IMG/VR virus record: IMGVR_UViG_3300009408_000009
Source of the DNA: an uncultured virus (IMG/VR IMGVR_UViG_3300009408_000009)
Lineage: Duplodnaviria; Heunggongvirae; Uroviricota; Caudoviricetes
DNA length: 64,000 bases
Reading direction: 5' to 3' (one strand)
The position numbers were made by a program, and so were the translations under genes. Below the pieces are notes generated by a model. That model did not search any database. It saw only the letters and a list, made by a program, of their open reading frames with translations, and was not told the origin of the DNA. Position 1 is the first letter of the stretch, and every line of letters starts with the position of its first letter. Below, piece by piece: positions 8,859 through 19,141 of this stretch.

Positions 8859-9407
8859 TTAATGTTGTTTTGATTTATATAAGGTATTTTTGATTTTTAG
8901 ATATAATGAATTACTATTTTTAAATGCATCTTGTTCCCATGGTCTTTGCAAGTATGATGGTATTTCATTAATATTTATTTTTTTGTTTTTCCAAATTACA
9001 TAGTTTTTTGTTACAACTAATTCATGAGTATAATATTGTTTCAGGTGTATTAACTCGTGGGATAAACTTACCAACTCTGAATTCCTGTCGGTATTATTAA
9101 GATAAATTATATAGTGAGAACGTTCATCTGAAACTATATATGCTCTTAAATCATATTCGTCTATATGTGTTTTAACTAGTGGTTTAATAAATATTACAGT
9201 TCCCGATATATTAAGTTTATTTAATCCAACTTTAACAATTGTATCTATATAGTTCATACTAGTTTCATTTCTCACAAAATTAGTTTTACTTAATTCTATT
9301 TTATCAAAATACTGTTTAGGATTAGAAACTATAAGTTTAGTTATAAAAAAAGTTATTATAATAATTCCTAGTATTATTAATAATGTTTTAATTTGTTTTT
9401 TATTCAT
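8859..9407 (-). CDS. Membrane-anchored HEXXH metallopeptidase-like protein
   Basis: N-terminal TM segment; SHELIHLKQY; PWEQDA. Confidence 0.65.
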   Translation of the reverse strand: MNKKQIKTLLIILGIIIITFFITKLIVSNPKQYFDKIELSKTNFVRNETSMNYIDTIVKVGLNKLNISGTVIFIKPLVKTHIDEYDLRAYIVSDERSHYIIYLNNTDRNSELVSLSHELIHLKQYYTHELVVTKNYVIWKNKKININEIPSYLQRPWEQDAFKNSNSLYLKIKNTLYKSKQH

Positions 9408-9488
9408 AATTTATTTATTTAATTGAGTTACGCTTAATAAATGTTATTAATCTAATATACAAATAAATATGTACTTATTTTAGATTTG

Positions 9489-10361
9489 TTATAATGATTG
9501 TATATAATCATCCAATTTATCAGTAGGTTTCCACCCTAATTTATCTAATGCTATATTATTTTTACGTAAAGTTTCTCTGTAATTTCCTAGTTGATCAGGT
9601 GTATATTGTTTTTCAATGTGAGGAAACCGATTTTTAAACATATCATAAAGTTCGTTTATAGAATGATTATGACCACTACCAAGTTCCCATGCATCATCAA
9701 TTTTTTCATCTGTATTCATAATTCGGTATAATCCATCTACAATGTCATCAACGTGTGTAAAATCTCTCCGTTGATCACCATCTCCTGTTATAGTTAGAGG
9801 GTAATCATTCTCTATTTGACTTCGCCAGATTCCTAAAACTGCTGCCCAATCTCCATATACAATTTCATGCGGCCCGTAAACATTATAAAATCTAGCTATT
9901 TGTACATCTACGTCAAATGATGTTCTATACAATTTACAAATTTCTTCACCTAAATATTTGTACATAGCATATGGTGATGCAGCGGGATTATGATGTCTTG
10001 AAGATGAACCTGCATATATAACTTTAACTTTATGTTTTCTTGCCCATTCTAATACATCTTCTGTTCCCATTGTATTTACTCGAAATGTTTCGTTTGGATA
10101 CTCAAACGATGGTTGTATTCTACTTAATGCTGCTAAATGAAATACTACATCAAAATCTGAATCCATTAAATATATTTCGTCAATATCGCCAGTTATATAA
10201 TTACAATCGTCAACCTCGTTTGAGTGTAATCCACTATCATAATTATCTAAACTGTGAACTTCGTGACCTTCTTTTAATAATCGTGTTATAAGGTTGGTGC
10301 CGATAAACCCTGCTCCGCCCGTGACAAGACATTTTAATTTTTTCTTACTTTTTTTCTTCAT
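9489..10361 (-). CDS. NAD-dependent nucleotide-sugar epimerase/dehydratase
   Basis: VTGGAGFIG, YAMYK, RFYNVYGP, RDFTHVDD. Confidence 0.92.
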   Translation of the reverse strand: MKKKSKKKLKCLVTGGAGFIGTNLITRLLKEGHEVHSLDNYDSGLHSNEVDDCNYITGDIDEIYLMDSDFDVVFHLAALSRIQPSFEYPNETFRVNTMGTEDVLEWARKHKVKVIYAGSSSRHHNPAASPYAMYKYLGEEICKLYRTSFDVDVQIARFYNVYGPHEIVYGDWAAVLGIWRSQIENDYPLTITGDGDQRRDFTHVDDIVDGLYRIMNTDEKIDDAWELGSGHNHSINELYDMFKNRFPHIEKQYTPDQLGNYRETLRKNNIALDKLGWKPTDKLDDYIQSL

Positions 10362-10734
10362 CTGAAAATATTATGTTTGTTAATAAATTATCGTTGTCAT
10401 CCCACTCTTTCATTAATGAACGTTTATATCCATCTAGTGTATATTTAATACCGTCATATTCTACACCGTTTCCAATTAATTTATCATAGTGATTTAATTT
10501 AGCTATTCGTTCAAATTCGTTATATGCATCATCATCTATTTTTCCTTTTAATTTAATAATGCTGCCTACGCAACTATTCCATTTCAATATTCTACCATTA
10601 TACGTTATCCAATAATAATCTTGGGTATCGGTAGCAACTGCTACTAATCTTTCAACGTGCCATGAGTCAACAATTACAAATTGCCCTTTTAATTTTTCGA
10701 ACTTATCTAATATAAGTTTTTTATTGGTATCCAT
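10345..10734 (-). CDS. Hypothetical protein
   Basis: ORF within the minus-strand operon. Confidence 0.6.
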   Translation of the reverse strand: MDTNKKLILDKFEKLKGQFVIVDSWHVERLVAVATDTQDYYWITYNGRILKWNSCVGSIIKLKGKIDDDAYNEFERIAKLNHYDKLIGNGVEYDGIKYTLDGYKRSLMKEWDDNDNLLTNIIFSDEEKK

Positions 10735-10739
10735 TTTGT

Positions 10740-11063
10740 TTATTTTAATTTATTCATTTCTTTTAATTTGATAATCTGAGCACATTTTTCATATTCTTCA
10801 TTTTCAATTGCCCATTCTAACATTTTATTTAATGTACTAGTCATGTGGTCTGGAAACATTATAAAATCATATGTTTTTAGTTTCCCCTTGCGAGTATCAC
10901 TATTTACTATTAGAAAAACTAATGAATCAATTGAATCACGTATTAATGTTTGGTATCCTCGTATCAATTCAGAAATAATTATTTCATGACCTAGTTCAGA
11001 TGACCAGTTTTCTACATCTTCGTTTCCAATATATACTGTTAAAATATCTTTTAGTTTTTTCAA
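10740..11063 (-). CDS. Hypothetical protein with a C-terminal UVR-like motif
   Basis: AIENEEYEKCAQI. Confidence 0.55.
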   Translation of the reverse strand: MKKLKDILTVYIGNEDVENWSSELGHEIIISELIRGYQTLIRDSIDSLVFLIVNSDTRKGKLKTYDFIMFPDHMTSTLNKMLEWAIENEEYEKCAQIIKLKEMNKLK

Positions 11064-11555
11064 GGTGTTTTATTATGCTTAATAGCAATGTTTATGTAAT
11101 ATTGTATTGAAAAAATCATATTCAGCAAATCCATACAAATTACAATATAAATTAATATATTGTATTATAGCATCTGTTTGTTTCCAACTAGCTTGCGATT
11201 TTATTACACGTATTACTTTATTATATGCTTTAGTTTTATTATCCATTTTATGAATGATTTAAATATTCAAATAATTTTTCTTCATGTAATGTATCATATA
11301 CATTTTTACCGATTTCTTCTGGTTCTAACATGATACTATGATTTGCATAATTAACAGCATTTCTAACATCAGTTGATGAATAAGTACTTAAATCTGCAAC
11401 TTCTATTCTTCTGCTTTTTTTATTTTTTTCCATCTTTAATTATTTTTAATTGTTTGTCAGTTAATAATTTAGATTTTTTAGTTTTATCAATTGTTGGAAT
11501 TTTATAATTCTCTACTAATTGTTCAAGCCATGAATCTTTTTTATTCATAATATTA

Positions 11556-11834
11556 TTATTTATAAACATGGTGTTTATTTTTTATACTTTTTATATAAAT
11601 GTCTCTAATTTTATTTAAACGAATTTGAGTATCTTTATTATAAAAACTAACGCCTCGTTTCCAAAGAGAATACATAAATTCAAAATCTGAACTTGGAATC
11701 ATATTCGTGTGGTCATTAAAACTCCAAAACCATTCCATAATCTCTTTTAACAAGTTTATTCTATTAGTAGTCATTTTAACTATTAGAGAGTTTGGTGAGG
11801 TTTTAGATTTTGTTATGTTAAAAGATGTGTTCAT
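11556..11834 (-). CDS. Hypothetical protein, possible distant small-family member
   Basis: RGVSFY...RLNKIRDIY. Confidence 0.55.
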   Translation of the reverse strand: MNTSFNITKSKTSPNSLIVKMTTNRINLLKEIMEWFWSFNDHTNMIPSSDFEFMYSLWKRGVSFYNKDTQIRLNKIRDIYIKSIKNKHHVYK

Positions 11835-11850
11835 ATTAATTTAATAGTTT

Positions 11851-11880
11851 AAAAATGAGGTGGACATCATACCCACCTCA
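11851..11880 (-). terminator. Intrinsic terminator after the AAA+ gene
   Basis: TGAGGTGG/CCACCTCA stem plus a T-run on the minus strand. Confidence 0.7.
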
Positions 11881-11900
11881 CTTTATATAAATAATTAACC

Positions 11901-13118
11901 TTAAAATTGAGGTACTGTGTCCTCAATATCGTCTACACTTTTGGTGGTATCATAAATATTTTCTTTCGAATTATCTTTTTTGAATTTTTGAACGTATTGT
12001 TTAATATAAGTTCTTTCAGAATCACTTCCGCCATCTGGAGAAAAGAAAGGAAATATCGCGATTTCAGCTGCTTCAAATAATGAGAACCCATCATATAATA
12101 ACCCGCCCATTTCAACTGAAGCTCTTGTTGATACAATTTCACTTAATTTTCCGTCATCCATTGCTGCCATAATTCTAGTATGATTAGCAATATCAGCTAC
12201 TGCTTGTAAATCAGTTTTTTTTACTTTTGGAAACATTAATTTAAGTAATTTAAATTCCTCTTTATCGGTTAATACGTCCATTTCAATAGTTACAAATCTA
12301 TCAAGAATTGCTCTATCCAATACTCTGGTTGATGTATATTCATTACCAATATTCGCTGTTGCTACAAATGTAACTCCATCCGCAACTTTTATAATTGGAG
12401 AACCCTCGGCTTCATCTAATCTTAAATATCTTTGGCCTTCATCAAGAACGGTCATTAAAATATTCCAAGCATCTGGGTGAGCTCTTGAAAGTTCATCCAA
12501 AAGAATAACTGCATTTGGTGTCATAATTGCTTTCACAAACGCTGATTCAGCGAAGAAAGTACCTTCTTCTTTTTTAAAGTGAGTATTACCTATCAAAGTA
12601 GCTCTTGGGTCTTGTGTTGCTCCTAAATTGAAATAGAAATCTGGTCTTTTTAATACACTAGTTAATGTTTTAGCAGCTAATGTTTTACCACAACCAGCAG
12701 GGCCAGTCATCATAATATTTTTTGCTCTTACTGCTGACCTAATTAAGTATTTCCATTTCAAATCAGTCATTATCAAAGTTTTTGGTCTAAGTGATAACGA
12801 TTTTTTGTGAATAAAATCTAATACTGATTGATGTTCTGGAGTACTAGTTTTTTTAGAAGAACCATCAGTATTTAACGGTGATACTAATGAGTTAAAAATA
12901 TCCATACTTACTTTTTTGAATATTTTTTTACCGTTTTTCATAATAAAAGCTTGAATCGCCTTTTCCTCGTTTAACGCTGATTTTCTAGTTAATGAAGTCG
13001 CATTTAATGCTCCTACATCGTTATTATTAATATCTATTAATCTGTAAGATTTACCAACTTTTTTTACTTGATAAACTTCGTTTGGTACATATCCTGTTTG
13101 GATTTTTAATTTTGTCAT
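11901..13118 (-). CDS. MoxR/CbbQ/CobS-like AAA+ ATPase
   Basis: Walker A GPAGCGKT, Walker B ILLDE, ATAN, LDRAILDRF. Confidence 0.88.
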   Translation of the reverse strand: MTKLKIQTGYVPNEVYQVKKVGKSYRLIDINNNDVGALNATSLTRKSALNEEKAIQAFIMKNGKKIFKKVSMDIFNSLVSPLNTDGSSKKTSTPEHQSVLDFIHKKSLSLRPKTLIMTDLKWKYLIRSAVRAKNIMMTGPAGCGKTLAAKTLTSVLKRPDFYFNLGATQDPRATLIGNTHFKKEEGTFFAESAFVKAIMTPNAVILLDELSRAHPDAWNILMTVLDEGQRYLRLDEAEGSPIIKVADGVTFVATANIGNEYTSTRVLDRAILDRFVTIEMDVLTDKEEFKLLKLMFPKVKKTDLQAVADIANHTRIMAAMDDGKLSEIVSTRASVEMGGLLYDGFSLFEAAEIAIFPFFSPDGGSDSERTYIKQYVQKFKKDNSKENIYDTTKSVDDIEDTVPQF

Positions 13119-13162
13119 AATTTTTTAATTGTTTAAGGTTTAAATATTTATTTATTACATAG

Positions 13163-13194
13163 CAAATATACGAATAAATATTGGAGTTTCCAAA
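13163..13194 (-). promoter_or_regulatory. Bacteroidota-type promoter TTTG-N20-TATATTTG
   Basis: Full match to the -33 TTTG / -7 TAnnTTTG consensus. Confidence 0.75.
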
Positions 13195-13432
13195 TTATTT
13201 TCGTATTTTTTTATTCATAATCTTTTAATTGATTCAATACATTAAGTAATGATTTGTTCAAATTAGATTTTTCCAATCCTATTTTTTTAAGATTATATAG
13301 GTTTTGCTTAGCATCCATTTTAAGTTTCTTTAATAAAAAATTCATAATTTTAAAGTTTAATTATCTCTTTATTACATAACAAATATAAGAAAAATAATCG
13401 AGATATTATTGGATATCTCGATTTATTTCCAA

Positions 13433-15496
13433 TTATTTTTTATGTTTCTCCATAAATAATTTATTCACAGTCTTTGCAATTTCACTAACGTTAGTTATTG
13501 CAATAGATTTAGCAGTTTTGCCATACATAGTTTTAAACGTGTATGAGGGTTCTTTTTTACTACGTGATGAATGAACAAAATAAGATAATGATTTAATACC
13601 CATTGATTGAATTTTCTTAAACATTTTTTTTGTATGATTTGCAGCCATTGTGCCAGAATATTTAAGATTAGGAGTATTAAAATATGGTTCTCCATCTGAA
13701 ATGTTAATGAAATATGAATCAAATGAAGCAGTTGAAGCCAAAAATTCTTTCATAATTGCTTCATAACATAATCCTTCAGGTGTAGTTCCGTACGGAACTA
13801 AACAAGGAAACATTTGTACAACTTTCGCAAATTTATCAACCTTTGAGTTATATGCCATAACTATATATGGTTTATAATTAGTACTAGTTCTAAAAGTAAC
13901 TTGAATATCTAAGCCAGGTATCATATCAATAGCTTTACACATAGCAACTATGTTTGTAATAGTTTTTCTCCATTTTGTACCATCCATTGAACCACTTGCA
14001 TCAATCGAAACGTGAATATTTGCTTTATTATATGAATCAACATCTTTAAATTCAAAAACATTTTCGTTTCCAAACCCTAATGAAGCAATCATTCTTTTAT
14101 CAATTTTACCAATTTTTTGTCTATTAAAAACTATTGTTCTTGATTCACTTCTTACTTGAAGTTTCTTAGCCAACATAGTTCCAATTTGTATTCCTTTGTC
14201 TACTTCTGATTTATAATATGATATAACTTGAGCATTTCTAGTCTTTGATAACGGAAATACACGTGAATTTAATAGGTTTGTTGTTAATTTTTTAACTACA
14301 ACACATTTAACACCGTCAGTATTACCGTGTGCAGATAGATCTTGACCAACTGCTTTCATTTCAGAACCAGATGTTTCGACATTATTAATATCTTTATTAA
14401 GAGAAAATGAAATTTGTGTTTTATCAACACTACCATCGATAAATTTATTTTGCTCCTTGATTTTTTCAGCAAGTAATTTAGCTTGAGATGGTGTAAGTTT
14501 AATAGGTGTAGAATTTCCTTTGCTATTATTAAAAGATTTAGGAGAATCAGTAGAATTTAGCAAATCATTAAATTCATCATCAGATAAAGTTTTAGGTTTT
14601 TCGTTTTGATTACCTTCTCCGCCAGTTTGACTACCTTCTCCGCCAGTTTGACTACCGTCTTCACCGTTTTTGTTACCTTCTCCGTCTTTTTTGTTACTTT
14701 CTTTACTATTTTTACTGTTTTCTTTACTTTGTAAAGAGTTATCAATATATTTTAACATGACTTTAAATATTTCGATTGCAACATTTAAAGTAGCTTTAGT
14801 ATTTTTTAATCTTGAAATATTTTGTAAATCTATAATTTTATAAATTTCGGTTAATCCCTTTAACGCAGATAAATTACTGTTTGAATTATGAATATTTATA
14901 ATTCTAAACATATAACTGTCAACGGTTTCGTCTGTGCATGAAGTTGATGTTAACCCCTTATCAATAATAGGTGAATTAAAATATTTATCATACATAGCAG
15001 TATAATACCCTCTATAACCTGGTGCTTCATTATAAATAAAATTATCAATTCGTCTATCTTCTACCCAGTTCCATATATTTTTAACTATGTTATCTGTATT
15101 TGTGATTCCTTTTGCAATTGCAGCATCATATACAGAAGCAGGTATTAAATTTGCAAACTGTTTAAATAGATTAAAATTAGAAAGTTTAATATGAGAACCT
15201 TCATGAAGAGCTAAACCAACAGCCACATCAAAATCTAATGGTTTGATGATATCCGCTCCAATAACTACTTTCTTCCCAGTAGTATAAGAACTTCCCTCTG
15301 TACTAAAAATAACAGGAATTACTTTATTTGTAACAATACTTACAAAATTAGAAATAGCTCTTTTAGCAGCTGCTAATTGATAAATATCATGGGTTTGCTT
15401 TTGTAATTGGGTCATCCCATTAATTATAACAGGGTTAAGTGTCCAATCGTTTAACCAATATGATGAATGAGGTTTGTAATTATTTAATTTTTTCAT
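13433..15496 (-). CDS. CobT-like vWA-domain protein with an N-terminal HEXXH region
   Basis: LHEGSH, WVEDRRID, low-complexity linker, MIDAS DASGS; adjacent to the AAA+ partner. Confidence 0.82.
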   Translation of the reverse strand: MKKLNNYKPHSSYWLNDWTLNPVIINGMTQLQKQTHDIYQLAAAKRAISNFVSIVTNKVIPVIFSTEGSSYTTGKKVVIGADIIKPLDFDVAVGLALHEGSHIKLSNFNLFKQFANLIPASVYDAAIAKGITNTDNIVKNIWNWVEDRRIDNFIYNEAPGYRGYYTAMYDKYFNSPIIDKGLTSTSCTDETVDSYMFRIINIHNSNSNLSALKGLTEIYKIIDLQNISRLKNTKATLNVAIEIFKVMLKYIDNSLQSKENSKNSKESNKKDGEGNKNGEDGSQTGGEGSQTGGEGNQNEKPKTLSDDEFNDLLNSTDSPKSFNNSKGNSTPIKLTPSQAKLLAEKIKEQNKFIDGSVDKTQISFSLNKDINNVETSGSEMKAVGQDLSAHGNTDGVKCVVVKKLTTNLLNSRVFPLSKTRNAQVISYYKSEVDKGIQIGTMLAKKLQVRSESRTIVFNRQKIGKIDKRMIASLGFGNENVFEFKDVDSYNKANIHVSIDASGSMDGTKWRKTITNIVAMCKAIDMIPGLDIQVTFRTSTNYKPYIVMAYNSKVDKFAKVVQMFPCLVPYGTTPEGLCYEAIMKEFLASTASFDSYFINISDGEPYFNTPNLKYSGTMAANHTKKMFKKIQSMGIKSLSYFVHSSRSKKEPSYTFKTMYGKTAKSIAITNVSEIAKTVNKLFMEKHKK

Positions 15497-15584
15497 TTAT
15501 GTTTATTTTAAGGTTTAAATATTTATTTATTACATAGTAAATATACGAAAAAAAATGGAATAATCAAATTATTTTAGTATTTTT

Positions 15585-15806
15585 TTAACGTTCTAAATCT
15601 ATAACAGCACCGAAGTATGAATCGAATACACGAATTAAGTTTTCATAATTACTTGATTTCATTTCATGTATAATTTTATCAGCGTCAAGATTTAATTGTT
15701 TAGCTAATTTACTAGCGTATCCAAGTAACCAAAACGCATTACCTTTAGGCGATGCTAAATCAATTATAATTTTACCTTCTCTGGGTTTCTTTTTAAGTAT
15801 TGCCAT
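15585..15806 (-). CDS. Conserved phage hypothetical protein
   Basis: IDLASPKGNAFWLLG...EMKSSNYENL. Confidence 0.65.
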   Translation of the reverse strand: MAILKKKPREGKIIIDLASPKGNAFWLLGYASKLAKQLNLDADKIIHEMKSSNYENLIRVFDSYFGAVIDLER

Positions 15807-15818
15807 AATTTATTAATT

Positions 15819-16256
15819 TTAATTGTTTAAGTAACGTTTTAATAATTCTGTTTGCGATTCATGCATCCATTTTAATCCAACTTCTAAGGGTTTCCATACA
15901 AATTTATCACATTCAGGAGTAATTTCATCCCAAATTAAACTTGTACATTTCAAATCTAAATCTCTTTCACTTAAATTTGAATTAATTTTATACAAATGAC
16001 CCTCTACGGTTTTCTTAATATGTTTGTATCGTTGAGATCCTAAATATACGTATTCATAAGTATGGACACCTAACAAAGTATCTAAATCAATATTAGTTTC
16101 TTCTTTTAGTTCTCGTTTGGCTGATGCTAATGAAGTTTCGCCAGTTTCACCTAATCCTTTAGGTACTGACCAATTCTTCCAGTTTCCGTTTGTTGCATGT
16201 ACTAGTAATATTTTATTTTTATTATCTATTAAAAATATTCCATGCGTTCTTAACAT
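15819..16256 (-). CDS. NUDIX hydrolase
   Basis: Nudix box PKGLGETGETSLASAKRELKEETNI. Confidence 0.88.
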   Translation of the reverse strand: MLRTHGIFLIDNKNKILLVHATNGNWKNWSVPKGLGETGETSLASAKRELKEETNIDLDTLLGVHTYEYVYLGSQRYKHIKKTVEGHLYKINSNLSERDLDLKCTSLIWDEITPECDKFVWKPLEVGLKWMHESQTELLKRYLNN

Positions 16257-16494
16257 TGCTTTTAAGTTTTTAATTCATAGCTAATATAATAAGAAAAAAT
16301 GAATAATCCTATTAAAAATTCATTTTTTCTTATATTTTTTTGTAACTGCTTCGATACGAATAGGATAATTAAATTTTCCATCATAAACAATGTATTGTGG
16401 TGTTTCTATTCGTACAACAATTCCGCGTTCTGGACAACCGGCAAATATAAATGATACATCATCACCTATTTTTAGTTTACCTTTCATCAGCTTT

Positions 16495-17310
16495 TTAACT
16501 TCCTAATCTTTCTACTTTCCAATCCCATGTTTTATTATCTAATGTGAACCTAATTCTATCATGCAATCTATTTTTTCTTCCTTGCCAAAATTCTATACTA
16601 TGAGGTACTATTTTATATCCTCCCCAATGGTTTGGTCTTGGAATTTCTTTTCCCTCAAATTTCTTAGTAAATTCGGCTTGTCTATCTATTAAGTATTGTC
16701 TGTTTGGTACTACTTGACTTTGTGGTGATGCCCATGCACCTATTTTACTGCCTTCTGGTCTTGATTCGAAATAGCCATCAGATAAATTTGCTGCCAATTT
16801 TTGTACACGTCCTTTTATTATTACTTGACGTTCTGCTGTATGCCAGAAAAACGATGCACATATGTTAGGATTAGCTTCGAGAGCTTTTCCCTTTTCACTA
16901 TTATAATTTGTATAGAATATAAAGCCATCCCAATCCCAACGTTTCAATAGTACTACTCTGTTTTTAGGGTATCCATCTAATCCGATTGATGAAATAGTCA
17001 TAGCATTGGTTTCAATATTTGCATCTGAATTATCTACTTCATAAAACCATTTTTGGAAAAGTTGCATTGGATTATCTGATACATCCTTTTCTAATAATTC
17101 TGCTTGTTCATATGACATTCTATAATTACTTAAATCTTTTAAATCTTTGCTCATTTTATTGTTTTTTATTTGTTTTTCTATGTATTGTACGGAATCGGTA
17201 TTACCTATAAATGTTCCATATTTTGAATAATAATTAATGCGGTTAGGATTTAACCTAAGATCTTCTATTAATTTAGATTTGGATTGCAAATGCAACGATA
17301 CGTAGCTCAT
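16495..17310 (-). CDS. pdxH: Pyridoxamine 5'-phosphate oxidase (domain starts at M53, 17154)
   Basis: RVVLLK, FYTNYNSEKG, YFESRP, RPNHWGG, EFWQGRKNRLHDR. Confidence 0.93.
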   Translation of the reverse strand: MSYVSLHLQSKSKLIEDLRLNPNRINYYSKYGTFIGNTDSVQYIEKQIKNNKMSKDLKDLSNYRMSYEQAELLEKDVSDNPMQLFQKWFYEVDNSDANIETNAMTISSIGLDGYPKNRVVLLKRWDWDGFIFYTNYNSEKGKALEANPNICASFFWHTAERQVIIKGRVQKLAANLSDGYFESRPEGSKIGAWASPQSQVVPNRQYLIDRQAEFTKKFEGKEIPRPNHWGGYKIVPHSIEFWQGRKNRLHDRIRFTLDNKTWDWKVERLGS

Positions 17311-17348
17311 TAGCTATAATATATTTTATATAATGTTGTATGAATTAA

Positions 17349-17495
17349 TTAATACGTATACTCACTTTTATCTAGTTCTTCGTATAAATCATTTAATTTA
17401 TTTGATACATCCTGTACTAAATCCCAATCTTGCTCTTCAATAGCATCTTCTAATGCAGTACATAATCCGCCTATAGTTTCGGTAAGATTTTCCAT
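17349..17495 (-). CDS. Small acidic protein (48 aa), below the ORF-track cutoff
   Basis: MENLTETIGG...SEYTY, read manually; TATTTATA lies just upstream. Confidence 0.55.
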   Translation of the reverse strand: MENLTETIGGLCTALEDAIEEQDWDLVQDVSNKLNDLYEELDKSEYTY

Positions 17496-17570
17496 ATATT
17501 TTTATAAATAGTTTATTATTAATATTGCTATATATAGAAAATAATTATTTTTGTTTCAAAAAATTGATAT

Positions 17571-18446
17571 TTATTTTATAAGTTTAGAATTTTTAAGAAT
17601 TCTAGCTGTAGTTATCCAGTCTTTTCCAATAGGATTTTGTACCGGTCTACGTAAAAATGATGCTATTGCCTTATGAATTTGTTGGTCAACTGGTTGTTTT
17701 ACTACAATTTTTTTGTTAGTATCTTTAAATTTAAACGTATGTTCTTTATTCTCAATTGAAGTATTATCTACTACTTGAAAACTACCACCAAATAATGAAT
17801 GAAACTTAGAAAGATTAGCTTGTACGTCATTCCATGATTTTGCTACAATATCAGCAGGTAGGGTTCGACTTCTCTGTAAGTTACGTTCTTGTGCAACTTC
17901 TAATGAAGTGTTAACAAATACCATGTAAGTATCATATCCAAGTAGTTCTGCATGTTCTTTCATAGTTTTAATTTTAGAATATTCATGGCCTGTACCATCA
18001 ATTATCAATCCAAGTCTACCTGCTTCATAAAATGATTTTTGTTTTTGAGTTAGCTTTTTTGCAGTACTCCTAATACTGTTTTTACCAACAGCGATAGTAT
18101 TCCATAATTCAGCATTAGTTTTTTCAATTGTAGCTAAATCTTTTGGATCAATACCATTCTTCTTTAAAAGTTTTTCAAACATTGCATCTGAATTAACTAC
18201 TTTGAGTCCTGTTTGAGAAAATGAATTTTTAAAACGTTGATCAATCCCAAATATTTCTGCAGATACGAATCCTTTTCCACTTCCAGCTGACCCTGACATA
18301 AATACACATTTAAGAATGCCAGGATCATCTACTCCCTCACATATCATGTGTTCAATTAATGCAGATTTAATTAAATTTAATTCAGTTTCTAATTCTATTA
18401 TAGTATCGGTTATTACTGCTTCAGTAATTATTCGTTTTATTTTCAT
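17571..18446 (-). CDS. Zeta-toxin/AAA_33-like P-loop kinase (probable start at M47 of the listed ORF)
   Basis: GSAGSGKG, VVNSD, IIDGTG, VAQERNLQRSR. Confidence 0.75.
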   Translation of the reverse strand: MKIKRIITEAVITDTIIELETELNLIKSALIEHMICEGVDDPGILKCVFMSGSAGSGKGFVSAEIFGIDQRFKNSFSQTGLKVVNSDAMFEKLLKKNGIDPKDLATIEKTNAELWNTIAVGKNSIRSTAKKLTQKQKSFYEAGRLGLIIDGTGHEYSKIKTMKEHAELLGYDTYMVFVNTSLEVAQERNLQRSRTLPADIVAKSWNDVQANLSKFHSLFGGSFQVVDNTSIENKEHTFKFKDTNKKIVVKQPVDQQIHKAIASFLRRPVQNPIGKDWITTARILKNSKLIK

Positions 18447-18570
18447 AATTGGTTGGGTCATTATACTTTTTATAAATATAAGAATATTAGAATAACGATA
18501 AACATAATTTAGTTTTGAACTACCATTACGTAAAGTAAGTGGTTTTGACCAGATAAAACTAAATATTTTA

Positions 18571-18834
18571 TTAAGTATCACCATAAAGTGACCAACGTTT
18601 TTCTTGTTTAACTTCTTTTTCTATAATTTTTTCTTCTACTATGGAAACAACGCCAAGTTTACTATCCAAAAAAAATTGAGTTACTTCTGTTTTCTGATAA
18701 ATATGTTCTAAACATTCAGTAAGACTCTTGAATATAACTGATTTGTTTGCATTTTTAAAAATACATTTCCAATTATCGCCAGGTTTTTGCCGTATTGCAG
18801 CAGCGATTTTTACTTCTTTAGTTATTGAAGTCAT
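18571..18834 (-). CDS. Hypothetical protein
   Basis: ORF within the operon. Confidence 0.6.
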   Translation of the reverse strand: MTSITKEVKIAAAIRQKPGDNWKCIFKNANKSVIFKSLTECLEHIYQKTEVTQFFLDSKLGVVSIVEEKIIEKEVKQEKRWSLYGDT

Positions 18835-18839
18835 TATAG

Positions 18840-19052
18840 TTATTCTACTACTTGAATAACTCTACTTTCTTTAGCACTTTTTACAGTATAATCCACAGTA
18901 GTACCTAGTTTTTCAAAGTATTTAATTAGTCTTGCTTCGGCTTCGGTCACAGACATTGCATTTACTAAATACAATTCTTTTATAACTTTGTCTTTTCCAT
19001 TTTTAAGAGTAGCTACAACTATAGCTACGGTAACTTCATAAAATTTATTCAT
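18840..19052 (-). CDS. DUF4494-like small protein (Bacteroidota family)
   Basis: ELYLVNAMSVTEAEARL. Confidence 0.6.
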   Translation of the reverse strand: MNKFYEVTVAIVVATLKNGKDKVIKELYLVNAMSVTEAEARLIKYFEKLGTTVDYTVKSAKESRVIQVVE

Positions 19053-19091
19053 AGTTTGTTTATTTATAATATTATATATGGTTTGTAATTA

Positions 19092-19123
19092 CAAAGATAC
19101 GAAAATTAATTGGGTTTACCAAA
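19092..19123 (-). promoter_or_regulatory. Bacteroidota-type promoter TTTG-N20-TATCTTTG
   Basis: Full consensus match upstream of 19052. Confidence 0.75.
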
Positions 19124-19141
19124 CTTTTTTCCGTTTTTTTT

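Noticed and set aside
14615..14656. 21-bp tandem duplication in the vWA gene
   Set aside because: An in-frame GSQTGGE duplication in a low-complexity linker; ordinary slippage.
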